DNA from: a virus
Taxonomy: Duplodnaviria; Caudoviricetes
IMG/VR virus record: IMGVR_UViG_3300031994_000011
Location: 96,001 to 160,000 of that record
Direction: 5' to 3' (one strand)
DNA length: 64,000 nt
Shown: piece by piece, positions 10,621-24,200 of the stretch
Position numbering within the stretch: position 1 is the stretch's first letter
How the letters are laid out: each line of letters begins with the position of its first letter
Program-made: the position numbers and the translations under genes
Notes under the pieces: generated by a model
Database searches by the model: none
The model's input: the letters and a program-made list of their open reading frames with translations, nothing else
Told to the model about the DNA's origin: nothing

Positions 10621-11357
10621 TGGCAATAAACATTTATGTGGTTTCTAACGCACTTGAATAGCAAGGCTGGAAACTGATAAGTGATACTTATAAAAACTTA
10701 AATACTGAATTAGAAATGTAGTGTCCATAGGGACACAGGCAAATGATAACATACGGGGATTGGCGAAAGCATCCCGTATGTTAGATTTGTTTAGCTGGTG
10801 ACCCTTATAAGGTCAAAAAAAATAAGGTGCCAATCAAAAAGATTGACACTCAAAGAGTTTTAGCACTTGACGCAGCTACTGTAATAACTGGTTATGCTAT
10901 TTATGATGATGGTGCTTTAGTTAGTTATGGAACTTATAAAGTTTAGAAAAATTTAAGCACCGAAGTTAGAATAAATAAAATGAAAAAGTGGCTTGCGGCC
11001 GCTATTGAATAGTGGTAGCCTGATTTTATTGGATTATAGAATATTCAATTACAAGGGTTCAATGGCTATCAAAATGTTGAAATATATCGCGCGCTTGCTA
11101 ATCTACAAGGAGTTTTAATTGATACTATTTTCTAGGCTAGTGTAGACCATGATTTAGTTTATTCTACCTCATGGAGAAAGTATTGTAATGTTGGAGACGA
11201 TAAAGGCCGTGAGAATAAAAAGCGTGCAGCACAAGAAAAAGTAAAGTTATGGTATGGACAAGATTGTACTCAAGATGAAGCTGATGCTATTTGTATAGGA
11301 AAATATTTTGTTCATTTATTAAAAAATAATAAAAGTTCATGGGGTGAAGATATATGA
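10620..11357 (+). CDS. ruvC: RuvC-like Holliday junction resolvase with N-terminal Zn finger (TAG-recoded)
   Basis: CP[TAG]GH..C[TAG]IC, VLALDAA..TGYAI, PDFIGL[TAG]NIQ, SWRK, QDEADAICIG; start overlaps dut stop, ends TGA. Confidence 0.88.
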
Positions 11358-11734
11358 TTGAGATTAACGTCTCTACTTTAGTTAATTGTACATAGGCGTT
11401 AAATGAACTAATTAAAAAACCATTGAAAATTAGAACTGCTTATAAAATTGCTAGACTCGCCAGAGAGGTTTCTAAAGAGCTAGAACTTTTTAATAATACG
11501 AAAAATTCTTTAATTTAGAAATATGGTGAACATGATGAGAATAATAATTTAATCACTGAAAATAATAGTTATAAAATTAGAGAAGATAAAAGAAAAGAAT
11601 TTGTAGAAGAGTATCAAGATATGATGCAGCAAACAATTCAATTAAATATTGAACCAATTACTTTAAAAGAATTGGAAAATGAAGAATTTACTCCTCAAGA
11701 AATTAGTAACATTATTGATTTTATTGAAGAATAA
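11354..11734 (+). CDS. Hypothetical phage protein (DUF1617-like), TAG-recoded
   Basis: ATGA overlap; LKIRTAYKIARL...KYGEHDENN; ends TAA before terminator. Confidence 0.7.
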
Positions 11735-11740
11735 ATAAAA

Positions 11741-11773
11741 AAATAAAGAGCGGTCAAAAGGCCGCTCTTTATT
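11741..11773. terminator. Bidirectional intrinsic terminator between convergent operons
   Basis: AATAAAGAGCGG-TCAAAAGG-CCGCTCTTTATT with A/T-rich flanks. Confidence 0.85.
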
Positions 11774-14700
11774 ATTTATTGTACATTGAAATATTAAAAC
11801 TTGTAAATTTTAGTGTTCCCTCATCTGCTATTTGCAACATTAACATTACTTTATTTATATTTTGGGTACTCGTCGCTGTAAAAGAATGAATTTTTGTAGT
11901 AACGCCACTACGTATAGCTATTGATTCACTTCCAACACTTTTACGTAGAGTATTATTATAATATAATAATATTTTATATTTTAAAAATCCTTGATAGCCA
12001 CTTTGTTGATTAAAATCTATCTATATTGTATATTCTGTATCTTGTATTAAATTTTTCTCAATAGAAAGAGTTTCTGATAAGTTTCTAGTAGGATCTGCTT
12101 TATTTAATGTAACAATTCCTTCAAAATTTATATCAAATATTGTATTTAATTGTACCGTAGGAATCTATGATTCTGTAGCAGTTTCTACTGCTCCATTTTT
12201 AGTTTTTAAAGTATTACATAATACATTTCCTTCAGAATCAACCTTAAAAACAGTATCGCCAAATACATTAGTAAATTCTAGCTACCCTTTATTAGCTTTT
12301 ACTTTAAATTCTCCACCTGCAAGAGTTATAGCTCCTTGAGATCCAATACTAATTGAACCGCCACCTAAGTACATTGAAGAATCATCAGCCGTTAAGTAAA
12401 TAGAGTTCCCATTTAACGCTATTCCACTACTATCAAGTACTATTGCAGCATTATCATTCATTGCCTTTAATCCAGTAATATCTGACTAATTCACCCAATC
12501 AGATGTACCATTTATTCTATATTGAACATTATTCCCATTTTCTTGCTTTTCTACATAAGTCATTCCATTATCATCGATCCAATATATTTCAGTATTGTTT
12601 GCAATTGTAATACCAGAATTTGATCCAATGAGCATTGGATAATTACTGTCATTTCCCAACACAAGTCCATAAGTTTTTCCCTTCCATACTGTTAATCCAG
12701 TAAGTCCGTATGTTTTAATTGGAGCAAAATCTCTAACTATGTCTGCAGCATCTTCAGAAGCAGAGGTCGCATTAGCATTAGCAACTGTTAAACCATAATT
12801 AGCAATAGGTTCTGTATACTAAGTTGTTTGCTGATTTGTTGAAGGATCTTTCCAAACTTGTTTAAAACTAGTATAATATGTATAGTCACTAATATAAGTA
12901 GGAACTGAAGTTGACCACTAGCTCTAAGTGTTAGCAGTTGGTTTATTTGGCTTACTTGTAGCTAGCTTATATAGCTATGTTGAAGAAATTAAAGATATGC
13001 CTTGTGATCCTTGTGTAACAGCTCCTTGCTAACCATCATTAGGATAATATTCACAGCTATATTCAGTTTTTGTACTATTATTTTTATAAGTTATAGTTTT
13101 TTCAATCCATAAATATTTTCCTTTCTAAGGATTTCGTGTAAGGCTCCATCCACTGCTTGGCGGATTGGTAGAATTAGTAGAAACAGCATACCTATATGTT
13201 GGATCACCAACGGGTGTAATCGCATTTATATCACTTAAATCATAATTGCCATTAGTAGTAGTTATTTGTGTGCCAGATAATTGGAAGCTATTAGCAACAA
13301 TATCTCCAGCTATTGTTAATTTTCCAGGAGAATATTTTAAATTATTACCTAATCTAAAGGCATATTTCTAATTTGTATAAACAGGTGTCCAATGATTAGA
13401 AACAAAATCTAAATCGCCGCTATAATCATCATTACTTTTATACATCTTATGATCATAAAATACTATATCATCTGTATTGTAACTAGTGTTTGGTTGAAAA
13501 GAAGGAATGCCTGCTATCTATGTATCTAATATAAAATTATTAGTATTAATCCACATATTTGAATTTGAACCAATTATTATCCCATCATTACTAATTTTAA
13601 CAAAGCTACCATTACTTAATGAATCATTCATCGTTGTTGTACCAATCATTATACCAGCCTAATCCATCAAAATCAAATTTCTTTGTCCATTTACTTGTGT
13701 GGCTAAACCAATCGAATCTTTGGTAATGACAACGCCAGAAATAGAAGAACTATTTTTTAGCGTATTATAATTTATATTAGAAGTATAATTTTGAGTACTA
13801 TTACTAATTGTTCCAATATTTTGACCTACTGCTAAAACAATTTTATCAGAAGTAATCTAAACCGCTCCATTGTTAGAGTTACTATTAGATATATTTGATA
13901 CTCCTAATAAAATTTGATTTTTATCTATTGCAACAGTCGCGCCATCTAACGTTTCATATTCACCAGTATTATCATCTCTACTCATTTTTTTTGAATTTCC
14001 AGAATAAAAAACAATTTTACCTGTAGAGCCCATCCAAATACCTTGAGTAGGATGAAGTATTAAAGCAGAAGCTGTATTATCTCCATTACCAGTTACCAAC
14101 TAAATCGGCTAATGTGGTAACTATTTTGCTTTTTCTAAAAATCCATTTAAAATTTCTGCATTCTAAATATTATTGCCATTTAAAGTTGTTAAACTACTCC
14201 AAGCTCTGATTAAAATATCTCCTGCTATGTTAAAAACTCGTTCTAAATTTTGACTTTTTTTAACATTATCTTCAAATTTAAATGTCATATAATCATCTAA
14301 AGTTACTGGAGATATATCTTCATCATTTAATTCAGCTTTACTATTTAAAACTTTAAAAGAATCTGCAAAAATAGTTCCAGTAATATATAAATCACCACTA
14401 TTTGGATCGGCCCAAAATACTTCATCATTATTCCAGTTTCTTAATTTTAAACCATCCCAGCTTACCTAAACTCTAGTTACACTAGCTGGTAATACTTGAT
14501 ATGAATTATTTATATAAACATTTGCATCTTTTTCAGCAATTAAGAATAATCCATTTTCATTAAATTTTACATACTATAATTCGGTATATCCATCAGAATT
14601 ATTAAAAGAATTAAGATAATCATCAAAGTTATTATATTCATTTTCACTTTCATTTTCATTTTCATTATTACTAACTATACTATTCCATTTATTCTAAAGA

Positions 14701-17700
14701 TCTTTAATTCGCTACAAGGCAGAAGAATCATTAAAATCTTCTAAGAAAGATTTATATCCAAATAATCCCTATTGATTTAATTGAAATCTTAGTCTATCTC
14801 CAGCAAAAATTTTAACTAAATTGGTATCTAATTGTCCAGTAGTAATTAAATCAGCATTTATTCCATTTGGCGTGATCGCGGTATTCCAAATCCAATCTTC
14901 GTTTTCATTTTTCTGAGAAGCAGTAAAAATTCCATCACATCTAAAATTCACAATACCACTTTCGCTAGTGCCAACAATGCCATCTTTCTAATTAATAGTT
15001 AATTTTCCATTATTAAAATTATAGACAATTCCACGCTATGCTAAGGCTTGCTATATTGATTCAATTGATAAATTTCCAGTAGAATCAAATGCACCAGCGG
15101 CCAATCCTATTGTATACGCATTTTTTTTCATATCCTAAGAAGATGCTACTATCGTTGAAAATAAATTTTCAAAATCAGTCTTGTAATTTTTAATAACAAT
15201 CTAATCCTCCCAGGGTTTATCAAGATGCATAGTAATTTCAGAAATATATCCTAAAACTTCTTCAAATTTTAACTAGTTATCATTTATATGAGCAATATAT
15301 CCCATTTTATTGTATATAGTTCTTATAAAATCTGGATTAACCATATTAACATCAATTTCATAAGATACCTTAGGAAATGCGTTCTATTTTAAAACTTGTA
15401 CAGCATCTAAATAAATTGAAGTATCTGCATTAGATAAACAATAATATAAATTTATTTTAGGAATTATCATGCTATTATTTTCTAAAGTTAATTTAGAAGA
15501 ATTTTGTGACTCATCATTATATTTTCCAACTTCTAATAACTCTTCAAGTTTTAAACATAAATAATATTTATCATTTCTAGTTAATAAACGATAATCCTCA
15601 TATTTTTTTAATACTCTATCATTATATAATATAGATAATTGAGTATCAGTCTATTTTAATTTCAAAGAATTTATCTAAATTCTTGGAAACACAGAAATAT
15701 AATACTAATTAGATTGAGAATTATCAAAATTCTAGCCATAGTTATCATTTGATAAAGATAACCAATCACTAGTAGATAGAGACTAAGTATATTCATAACT
15801 AATTTTATGTGTTACTGGATCAATACTTGCTGTTCTTTCCCAATTAGGACTGATCGATATTTTTTCTTTTATCTATGGCTTATCATTATTATAAGTAAAT
15901 TTTCCCAAACAAGCTTGTGTATCGACTGAGCTATCAAAAAAAGTATATTTATCAATTATTATATCAAATAATTGAATAATTTGTCCGCTCTATTCAGAAC
16001 CATTATCCTACAAATTAGTTTCATTTTGCTGTTCTTGTGAAGATAAAGATTCTTCTGAATTTTCAGAAGTTTTTCTTAAAGTTTTAGTAATATAACTCTC
16101 TGTAAGAGGCAACTTTCTAGTATCTTCTATAGTGGTGGTTCTCTATTGCGTAGTTACTTCACTGTAAAGATACTAATTATCATTATTCATTTTTATAGTT
16201 CTAGAATTTAATAAATATTTTTTATTATTATAATCTATTGTATAATTCTAAGTTATTATATAATTATTATCTTCTATAAATTCCTCAGAAAAAGAATAAG
16301 ATGCGTTATTATTCTCTACCTCAGTTCCGTTAAAATAAGCAATAACATTCTCTGAATTATTATCTCCATATGTAATATTAAAAATAAACTATATTGGATT
16401 CTAATGAAATAAATTCTTTTCTTGAATTATAACCTATTTTAATAACTATTCTTCTTCCGTGTCAGTCTTCTACTACGTAATTTGATATTCACTACTTATA
16501 GTATTTTTTCCAGAAAGAGTAATAATCATATTAATATTATTAATTAACAAACTATAATAATCTTCTTTTAATGTAATTTCAATTGAAATATCATTAATAT
16601 TCTATATATTATATAAATTATTACAATCAATTCTATTCGTTCCTTGAGATAAGTATTGATTAGAATTGGTATAAATAATTGTATTTTTATTTTTTATAAC
16701 TATTCTAGTATAAGCCCAATAACCAGAAGCAACTATTATTTCAAAAGATATTTTATTATTATTACTATTAATGGCTTCATTTCCGCCTTTAATTAAAGCA
16801 GTAAGAGTGCTTCTTCCCAATCTCCTAGAACTTTTACTTATTAAAAATACTTGTTGAAATGTTGACTCTTGTTGTTCAGGGATGACCTGTTGCTACCCCT
16901 ACTGTTTCTATTCAGTTATTATTTCATACTTTTTAATAACTGTTTTTTCATTAATTTTTTCATCTTCTGCATTAGTTGTAACTATTAATTGTTTTACCGT
17001 TTTTTCACTAAGCTAACTATTAATTTTTACAATAGTTTCTGAAGAAGGATATGTGGTTTCTTTTTCAAAAGAAGTTAATTGTGAATAAACAATATTATTA
17101 TCTCCGCCAGTTTGCATATTTTTAATTTGCTGTTTTGTCATATCTTTTGCGCCCAATACTATCAAAATTGGGAAGACATTTCCGTCCTTATCTTTTAAAA
17201 GTCCTAATTGACATTCAGAACCAATTGCAAAAGAGCGATAATTTTTCTATGTTTGATTATTTTTTAAATCATAAAAAATTAAACTTATATTATCATTATT
17301 TTGTATGCACTCTAACTGTTCAGAAGTTAATTTAATGCATGGATAAAATTCTTTATCTCTATTTATTCCAGACTCGTAATAAGGAAGTTGTTCACCATCA
17401 AATGGAACAGCATCCCAAATTGGAATAGCATATTTATTTTCATCTAAAAAATTCTAATCATAAGAATAACAATAATTTCCCTATGAATCCTATACGGGCT
17501 ATTCTTCAGAATCAATTATTAACTATCCAGTAGAAAATCCATTCTAAAACGTTGCTTTTAATTTATCACCATAATCATTATACTAGTCTGGAAGCCAATA
17601 TCCCTATCGTAAAGCGGGGCCCATCATCATCTAAAAATTTTGTATCTATTTTTGTTTTTCTAATAATAACTATTCATATCTCTACTTTTTATCTTTTAAA

Positions 17701-19409
17701 GAATCATCAATTTTTTCAATTTTTGCAGTAGCCTTTTCATACTAACTTTCATCAGATGCCATTTTTCTACTCCAAACACTTTTTACACGTTTAATATACT
17801 ATAATGGCTAATAATCATAAGTTAGATAAACCGAACGAGAGAAAGTAGAAGACTATGAATTAGAAGAATTATTTAAAACTATATTATTTACCTTAATTAA
17901 ATTATTAAACTAATCGAACTAAAAAGTTCCAAAAATCTAATCTGCAACCCTATCTTTTCCAGTTGCAGTATAAGAATATTTTCTATATATATGAAAACTT
18001 TCTGGTATAATACCAGTTTGACTTATATTTATAAAATAATTATTATTTTCTCCAGTATTTTGTAACAATATTCCATTTGTCGGCCGCTCTGCAGTAACAT
18101 GCAAAATTCCAGTATCCTCAGTAATACTATTTAATAAAGCACTCGCCTAAGTATATCTCTATTCTGCTAATTTTCTTCCTCTGTCATAAGTTGCTAAGTC
18201 GGCCTATACATTTAAACGAATCTATTCTAATTTTAAAATTTCTTCGCTTAATGGACCTAACTATTCATTTATTGTAGCAATTTTTCGCTAAAACTCAAAA
18301 ACTCCATTATATTGTTCATCCGTTATTGAACCAACAGTATGCATATAATCAAAATTTAATAAATAGTCTTCACCACTTTTATTTGCGGCAGTATCTAAAA
18401 TTGTAATAAAGCCATCTCTACTAGTATCACTATTTACTGGTTTTATATACATTTTTGTTATTAAATTTGTACTATCAGCTTCTCTACTAATAGAAGAAGT
18501 ATTATATGGATATGTAAAATCTAATGCTCCATATGTCTAATTTAAAAAATTATTATAATAAACTACTTTTTTACCTATTATATTATAATTATTATCATGT
18601 TCATATACATATTTACAATGAACACCAAAGGTCTAAGCAATAGTTTGTGTTAAATTATAAACATTACTTTCAGTAACATCTAATAATCTCTATTTTTCTT
18701 TTGCGGCCTAAATTTTTTTAGGTAATCCAGTTGTTCTATCCCATGAAGAAACATAAGTATCCTAATATACTTTATCACTACTTCTTCCTTTATAGCCATC
18801 CCAATTCATATTTACCTAATAAGTCCAATATTTTATACGATCAAAAATTTTATTATTCCAATATTGAATTGTCGCCCGTGGCTAAGAAATATTAAGCTAC
18901 TATCTTTCTGTTTCTGTCGAATTAGACCAAATTCCATATTCATTCATAAATTCGTCTTGAGATAAATCAATTTTATAGCCAATTTTCCCTAACTAATGAA
19001 AAGCAAGCCCTTCACAAGAAACTTCACAAGTTAATACGCCATTCTAATGTGTCTATGTAACCTTAGTTATAATAAACTAAAAAACTTCTTCATCCTATGT
19101 TGCGCGCTACTATGATACTTGTCTAACTGCATCTTTTTTATTGATAATAACTTTTATTTTTCTTGTACTCGCTACAATAACACCATTTGTAGTATTGTAC
19201 CAAATAGGATTCTAAATTCTTTTACCATCCTATAATATATACATCGGAATTTTAAAAGTAAATTCCTGAGTTCCGTCATCAACTATTTTTAACTCGGGTT
19301 CTTGAATCTGTCCTTTATTCTCTAAAGTGGCATACTTCAAGACGGATATAAATCCGTCTTGAAGCGTCCAAATAGAGACTTCATAATTACGAATATCACT
19401 TGAAACCAT
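11772..19409 (-). CDS. Giant tail tip / baseplate hub (Tal-like) plus fibre protein, ~2,545 aa, TAG-recoded
   Basis: ATG 19409 after AAGGAGGAG; TAA 11772; length divisible by 3. ORF fragments 13857, 14769 and 16602 are all in this frame. WNTAITPNGINADLITTGQL and fibre-type KGKYLWI.KTITY segments; follows Dit. Confidence 0.8.
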
Positions 19410-19433
19410 TAATCAGTCTCCTCCTTTTTACCC

Positions 19434-21272
19434 TTAATAATACATATTTTTATATTCTATACCAAAATTAGTTAATGGTGCCTCAATAGGTAAATCTGTA
19501 TAAATGATATGAGCACAATGTTTACTTTCTTCATTGTTTTCATCCCATTCAACAATTACGCCACTATCAATTAATGGATAGTTTGTCTCCTATAAAAATA
19601 AGTAAGTTGATCTAACCATATCTCCAACATTTTCTACTTGTATAGAATATTCACCATTAAGTTGATACTCTATTTTTCCAACACAAATTCCAGTTTTTGA
19701 GTTTATAGAAAAAGAACCAGAACACATACTCTATTCATTATCAACAGTCTTCATAATAAAATTTTTCATATCATTACATACAGACATTAATGTTGTTTCA
19801 TCTAGTACATCCAAACCACTTAAACGCTGCTAAACGATATTTAAAGCATATGCTCGCGCGCCATTATGTGTAACTTTATCCCTTATATAAGTTTTTACAT
19901 CCTGCCATGAACTTCCTATTATACTTTCACCAGTTTGATCTTTAACATGTGCTAATTTATCAAACCAATATAAAACTTGATTATATCCATTCCAAGCCCC
20001 TGGTGTAGTAAAACGAAATTCATGTTTATGCTAACTTTCAATAATAATAGAATTATAAGTTTTTCCATCTTCATCTGGCGCATATTTATTTAACGGATAC
20101 TTAATATATGGAATCTTATTCTAACCAGTCTATAGTATCGGTTTCATTGTAAAATATAGAGTTGGATAACTTGGTGCATTGCCAGCATAATATAAATAAG
20201 CTATATTATTACTATCTTTACCACCACTTAATATAACATTAGTACCCTATCCGTCTTCAATAAAACTATAACTACCAATCGCTGGAGCATATGTAACGCC
20301 AACTCTTGAAATCATTACTGCTGCATATGGTGGATTTGTTCCATCCTATGGACTAGCTAATGCCGCTACAGTTCTAATATTACCAAGAGCATTCTTATAC
20401 TAAGTACCCTAAATTTTTATATCTCCACCAATAAATAAATTAGAATAAATTCTAACCATATTCGCAGTAAGAATATTATCCTATAAAATAATTTTTAATG
20501 CATCATTATTACTCATTATAGGATTATTATTATCATTCGCATCAGCCCATCTATATTGATAAAATTCATCTTCTTCTAAATCCTATCCAGTGCCACTCGA
20601 ACTCTAACCACGCTATACTATTTCGCCATCCACTAATGCAACCTTATATCTTTTTCCTAATAAATTCTATAAAGTATACCATAATGGATCATCACATATA
20701 AAACTTATTTTAATATCGCCTTTATATAACGTAGTTGGTATATTATAAATGGTCCCGGCAATAACTTTTTGCTATCTCCCCTAAAATACTAACATATTCA
20801 TAGCTGGCGGCGCCTAAACTCTTGCTAAAATTCCGCGATTGGGATGCTATGCTCTTACTAATTGTCTAATTTTTCCAGGAGCAAACCATGCTTTAAATTT
20901 ATCTAATTGTGTTTGAGTCATACCATCTGTAGATAATAAATACTAAAAAACTAATGGTTTTAAATGCGTTCCCCAATAGAATTGGCCATTTAAAACATTA
21001 TATTCCTATGTTAAATCTTCAAAATCACTATATAAATTATTTTGCATTCGCTAACCTTCTGTCACGCGAATAATTCCAAAATCCTAAATATATTGCCCGC
21101 CAAAACTAAAACTTATAAAAGAACGATACATGAAGGGGAGCCGAAGCTCCCCATCATGTGTTGCCTAATAAACTTGTCCTCGACCTGAAAAACTCTATTC
21201 TGGTATGTATTCTATATTCTATGGCATTTGAGAATTTCCAGGTCTTAGATATCCAACATTATTACCATACAT
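19434..21272 (-). CDS. Distal tail protein (Dit-like), 612 aa, TAG-recoded
   Basis: RBS AAAGGAGG; RSFISFSFGG..I[TAG]DFGI..GQFYWGT..STDGMTQ..WFAPG; lies between TMP and Tal. Confidence 0.75.
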
Positions 21273-21297
21273 TTTGCTATTTCCTCCTTTACCTCCA

Positions 21298-24200
21298 TTA
21301 AACTTGACGATATCCACTACGGAATCCTTGTCTAACCAATACGTTCTAAATTTCTCTTGCTACATTTTTAGCATCGTTAGATTGAATATTAAAGTTAATT
21401 GTAGTATCTTGCACCATGTTTCTTTGATTATTATTAACAACATCATTTTCAATAGTACCTTTAATATTATCAGTTAAATTACTAATATCATTCAATGTCT
21501 AAGTCAACGTATCCGCACCTCTAAGAGATCTCTTAAATGACTACTTCATATTTTCAGGTATGATTGCTGCTTTATCCTCTAATGAAGTATCTACAGTAGG
21601 AGTTTGAGTGGTTCCAGCCCTAGTTCCCTAAGTTCTACTTCCTCTAAGAACAGTAGTCCTACCACTACCACCACTACCACCGCCACCAGTAATAGGCTGT
21701 GTAGACTCTTGAGACTATTTTTTCTATTTTTTAGGCATAAGATCTTTGATAGTTTGCTATTGAGCTTTTGCATCATCGCCAGTTCCCTTAACATATTCAT
21801 CAAAGCGATCTTTAACAGTTGGGTCTTGTTTATCCCAATTTTCTCCGAAAATAGACTACATTGCAGCATCTGTTGTGCGCCATCCAATATCTGCGCTACC
21901 TTCAATAGCTTCTTTAATAGTATCATTCATTTTGCTCCAGAAAGGCTATAAATCTTTTCTATAACTTACCCATTGCTATGCTTCTTTTTGTATCTAAAGT
22001 TTTTGTTCTTCAAGTTGTAATGCAGAATAACTTTGATAATCTTTTGTGTTTGTTAATAAGAAACTTACAATGTCCTATGCATCTTGACTCATAATACTAG
22101 TAACTTCTTCCCATAATAAACCATGCTCTTTTTGATACTATAAAGTTTCATTCATTACATCTAATTGAGCATCTAATCTCTAAAGCTGTGCATCAGAAGC
22201 TTGTTGCATAGCATCAATGGCCTATTGTTGCATATTAAAATAAGAATCACGCTATTTTTCATCTAATTGCTGCTGTAAAGAAGAAATCTCAGAAGCTGAA
22301 CCACCAGTACGCTGTAATATTAAAATTTGTCTACGAAGTTTATCTATCTATTTGTTTTCTTTTTGATCCTAATACATTTGTTGTTCACGGTCAAGCTGAT
22401 CCTGCAGTCCCTTTAAATATTTCTAAGAACTCTTTTCAATGGCATCTCTCTAATCTTGTAACTTATCAATAATTTCTTTCTATCTATCTTCTATTGCCTT
22501 TACTACTGCATCTTCAACTTTGCGCTGATTATCTACTATCTATTCTAATATTCCATTTATATCAGATTCTAAAGATAAGATATTCTCAGTAGACTAACGA
22601 TAGCTATCATATAAACTATCTAATGTTTCTTTCCATCCATCTACACTATCCCAGAAATTCTGCATCATCTACATATATAATTCATTATCAGATTTATCAC
22701 CTTTATTTTTAAAATCAATAACTGTACCATCATCATTATATTTAAGAACTTCTGTATCAAATCCTATAGATTTCAAATATTGTATTTGTTTATCCGCGCT
22801 TTCTGCCCAACCAGTAATTTTACCATTAACATCTCTAGTAGTTAATTTTTCAAGTACATCTAAGCCTTTTCCTAAACCAGAAGTATATTGTTGTAAGCCA
22901 TTTTCATCATAAGTAAATATATTACTATAAGTAGAAGCAGCAAGCTAAGCACGTTTTCTATCATACCAACTCTTTTGTAGATAAATCAATTCTTTTGTGG
23001 CAGTAATTTGTTCCATTAAATTTTCTAACTACTTTCTACGACTATTGTAAATGGCTTGTCCATTGGCAATTCTATCTGATTCCAGCTTATCTCTTAATGT
23101 TTGTTGATGTGTAATATCTTGTTCTAATTTATCAATTTGTCTTGTTAAATTGTACCAACGTTCGATTTCAGCAGTAGTGGTTTTAACTTCTTTATCTTTA
23201 TTTCCACCACCACCGCCTCCGCCGCCACCGCCACCAGCGGCCTATTTACCGGCAAGAGAACCAAGATCTTGAGCAGAAGCATTAAGTATTGTCTACCACA
23301 TTGCTCTTATTTGCTTCAATGCTGCTAATGCCGCAGAAGCGCTAGCAAAAGCAGGGCCAACAGTTCCAGTAGCAAGAGATACAGCTACGCGCTAATTAGT
23401 TACAGGTTTACCATGTCCACCTTTTCTACCACTAAGTAATCTACGAGTCTGTAAATGATTAAATACAATAGCATCTGGCGGAAGGTCTACCATTTCAGCT
23501 CCATTTTGACCTACGACATTATATTTACCATTAGCAACAACTAATTCAGGTCCAAGCTAGCCCATAAGAGTCTTTTGATTACCACCAGCTAAAGCAACGT
23601 TACCTTTCGCGGCAATAGTTATCTATTTATCTTTTGCAGGACTTTGACCTTTTACAGTAGCAGGAGAATTTTCACCGCCACCGGCCATTTTAACCTATAT
23701 AGTAGCAACTATTTGAATTAATTTTTTATATGGAATTGAATTTATTGCACTAATTAAACTATAAATTTTCCCAGATCCACTAGATGGAATACTATTCATA
23801 GCAGAAGCAAGCGTTCCTATTGACCCAGTCGCATTACTAACTCCTTGAGCTACTGCTTGTGCCATTGCTGCAGCACTTTGACTTGCATTATTCGCAGCAT
23901 CAACAACTTGTTGAGCACCACTAATAGCTGACTAAAAATCAAAACCAGTTTGGGTTTGGCCATTCGTCACTTGCCCCATACTTGAATTTTTAAAAGCAGC
24001 AGCAATATTATTTATAATATCTGCAGGAGAAGAGGTATCGGAAACAACAGCACTGTCTTTTTTATTGCCAGCCTTATAAATATCTTTCTAAGAAATTTTA
24101 TTATTTAAACTATCTATTGCCTATGCTATTTCATTACCTGTATCTGCTATTTTCTTTGCTGTAGTCTGATCACCATTTCCAGTAGAAGGTGGCTATCTTA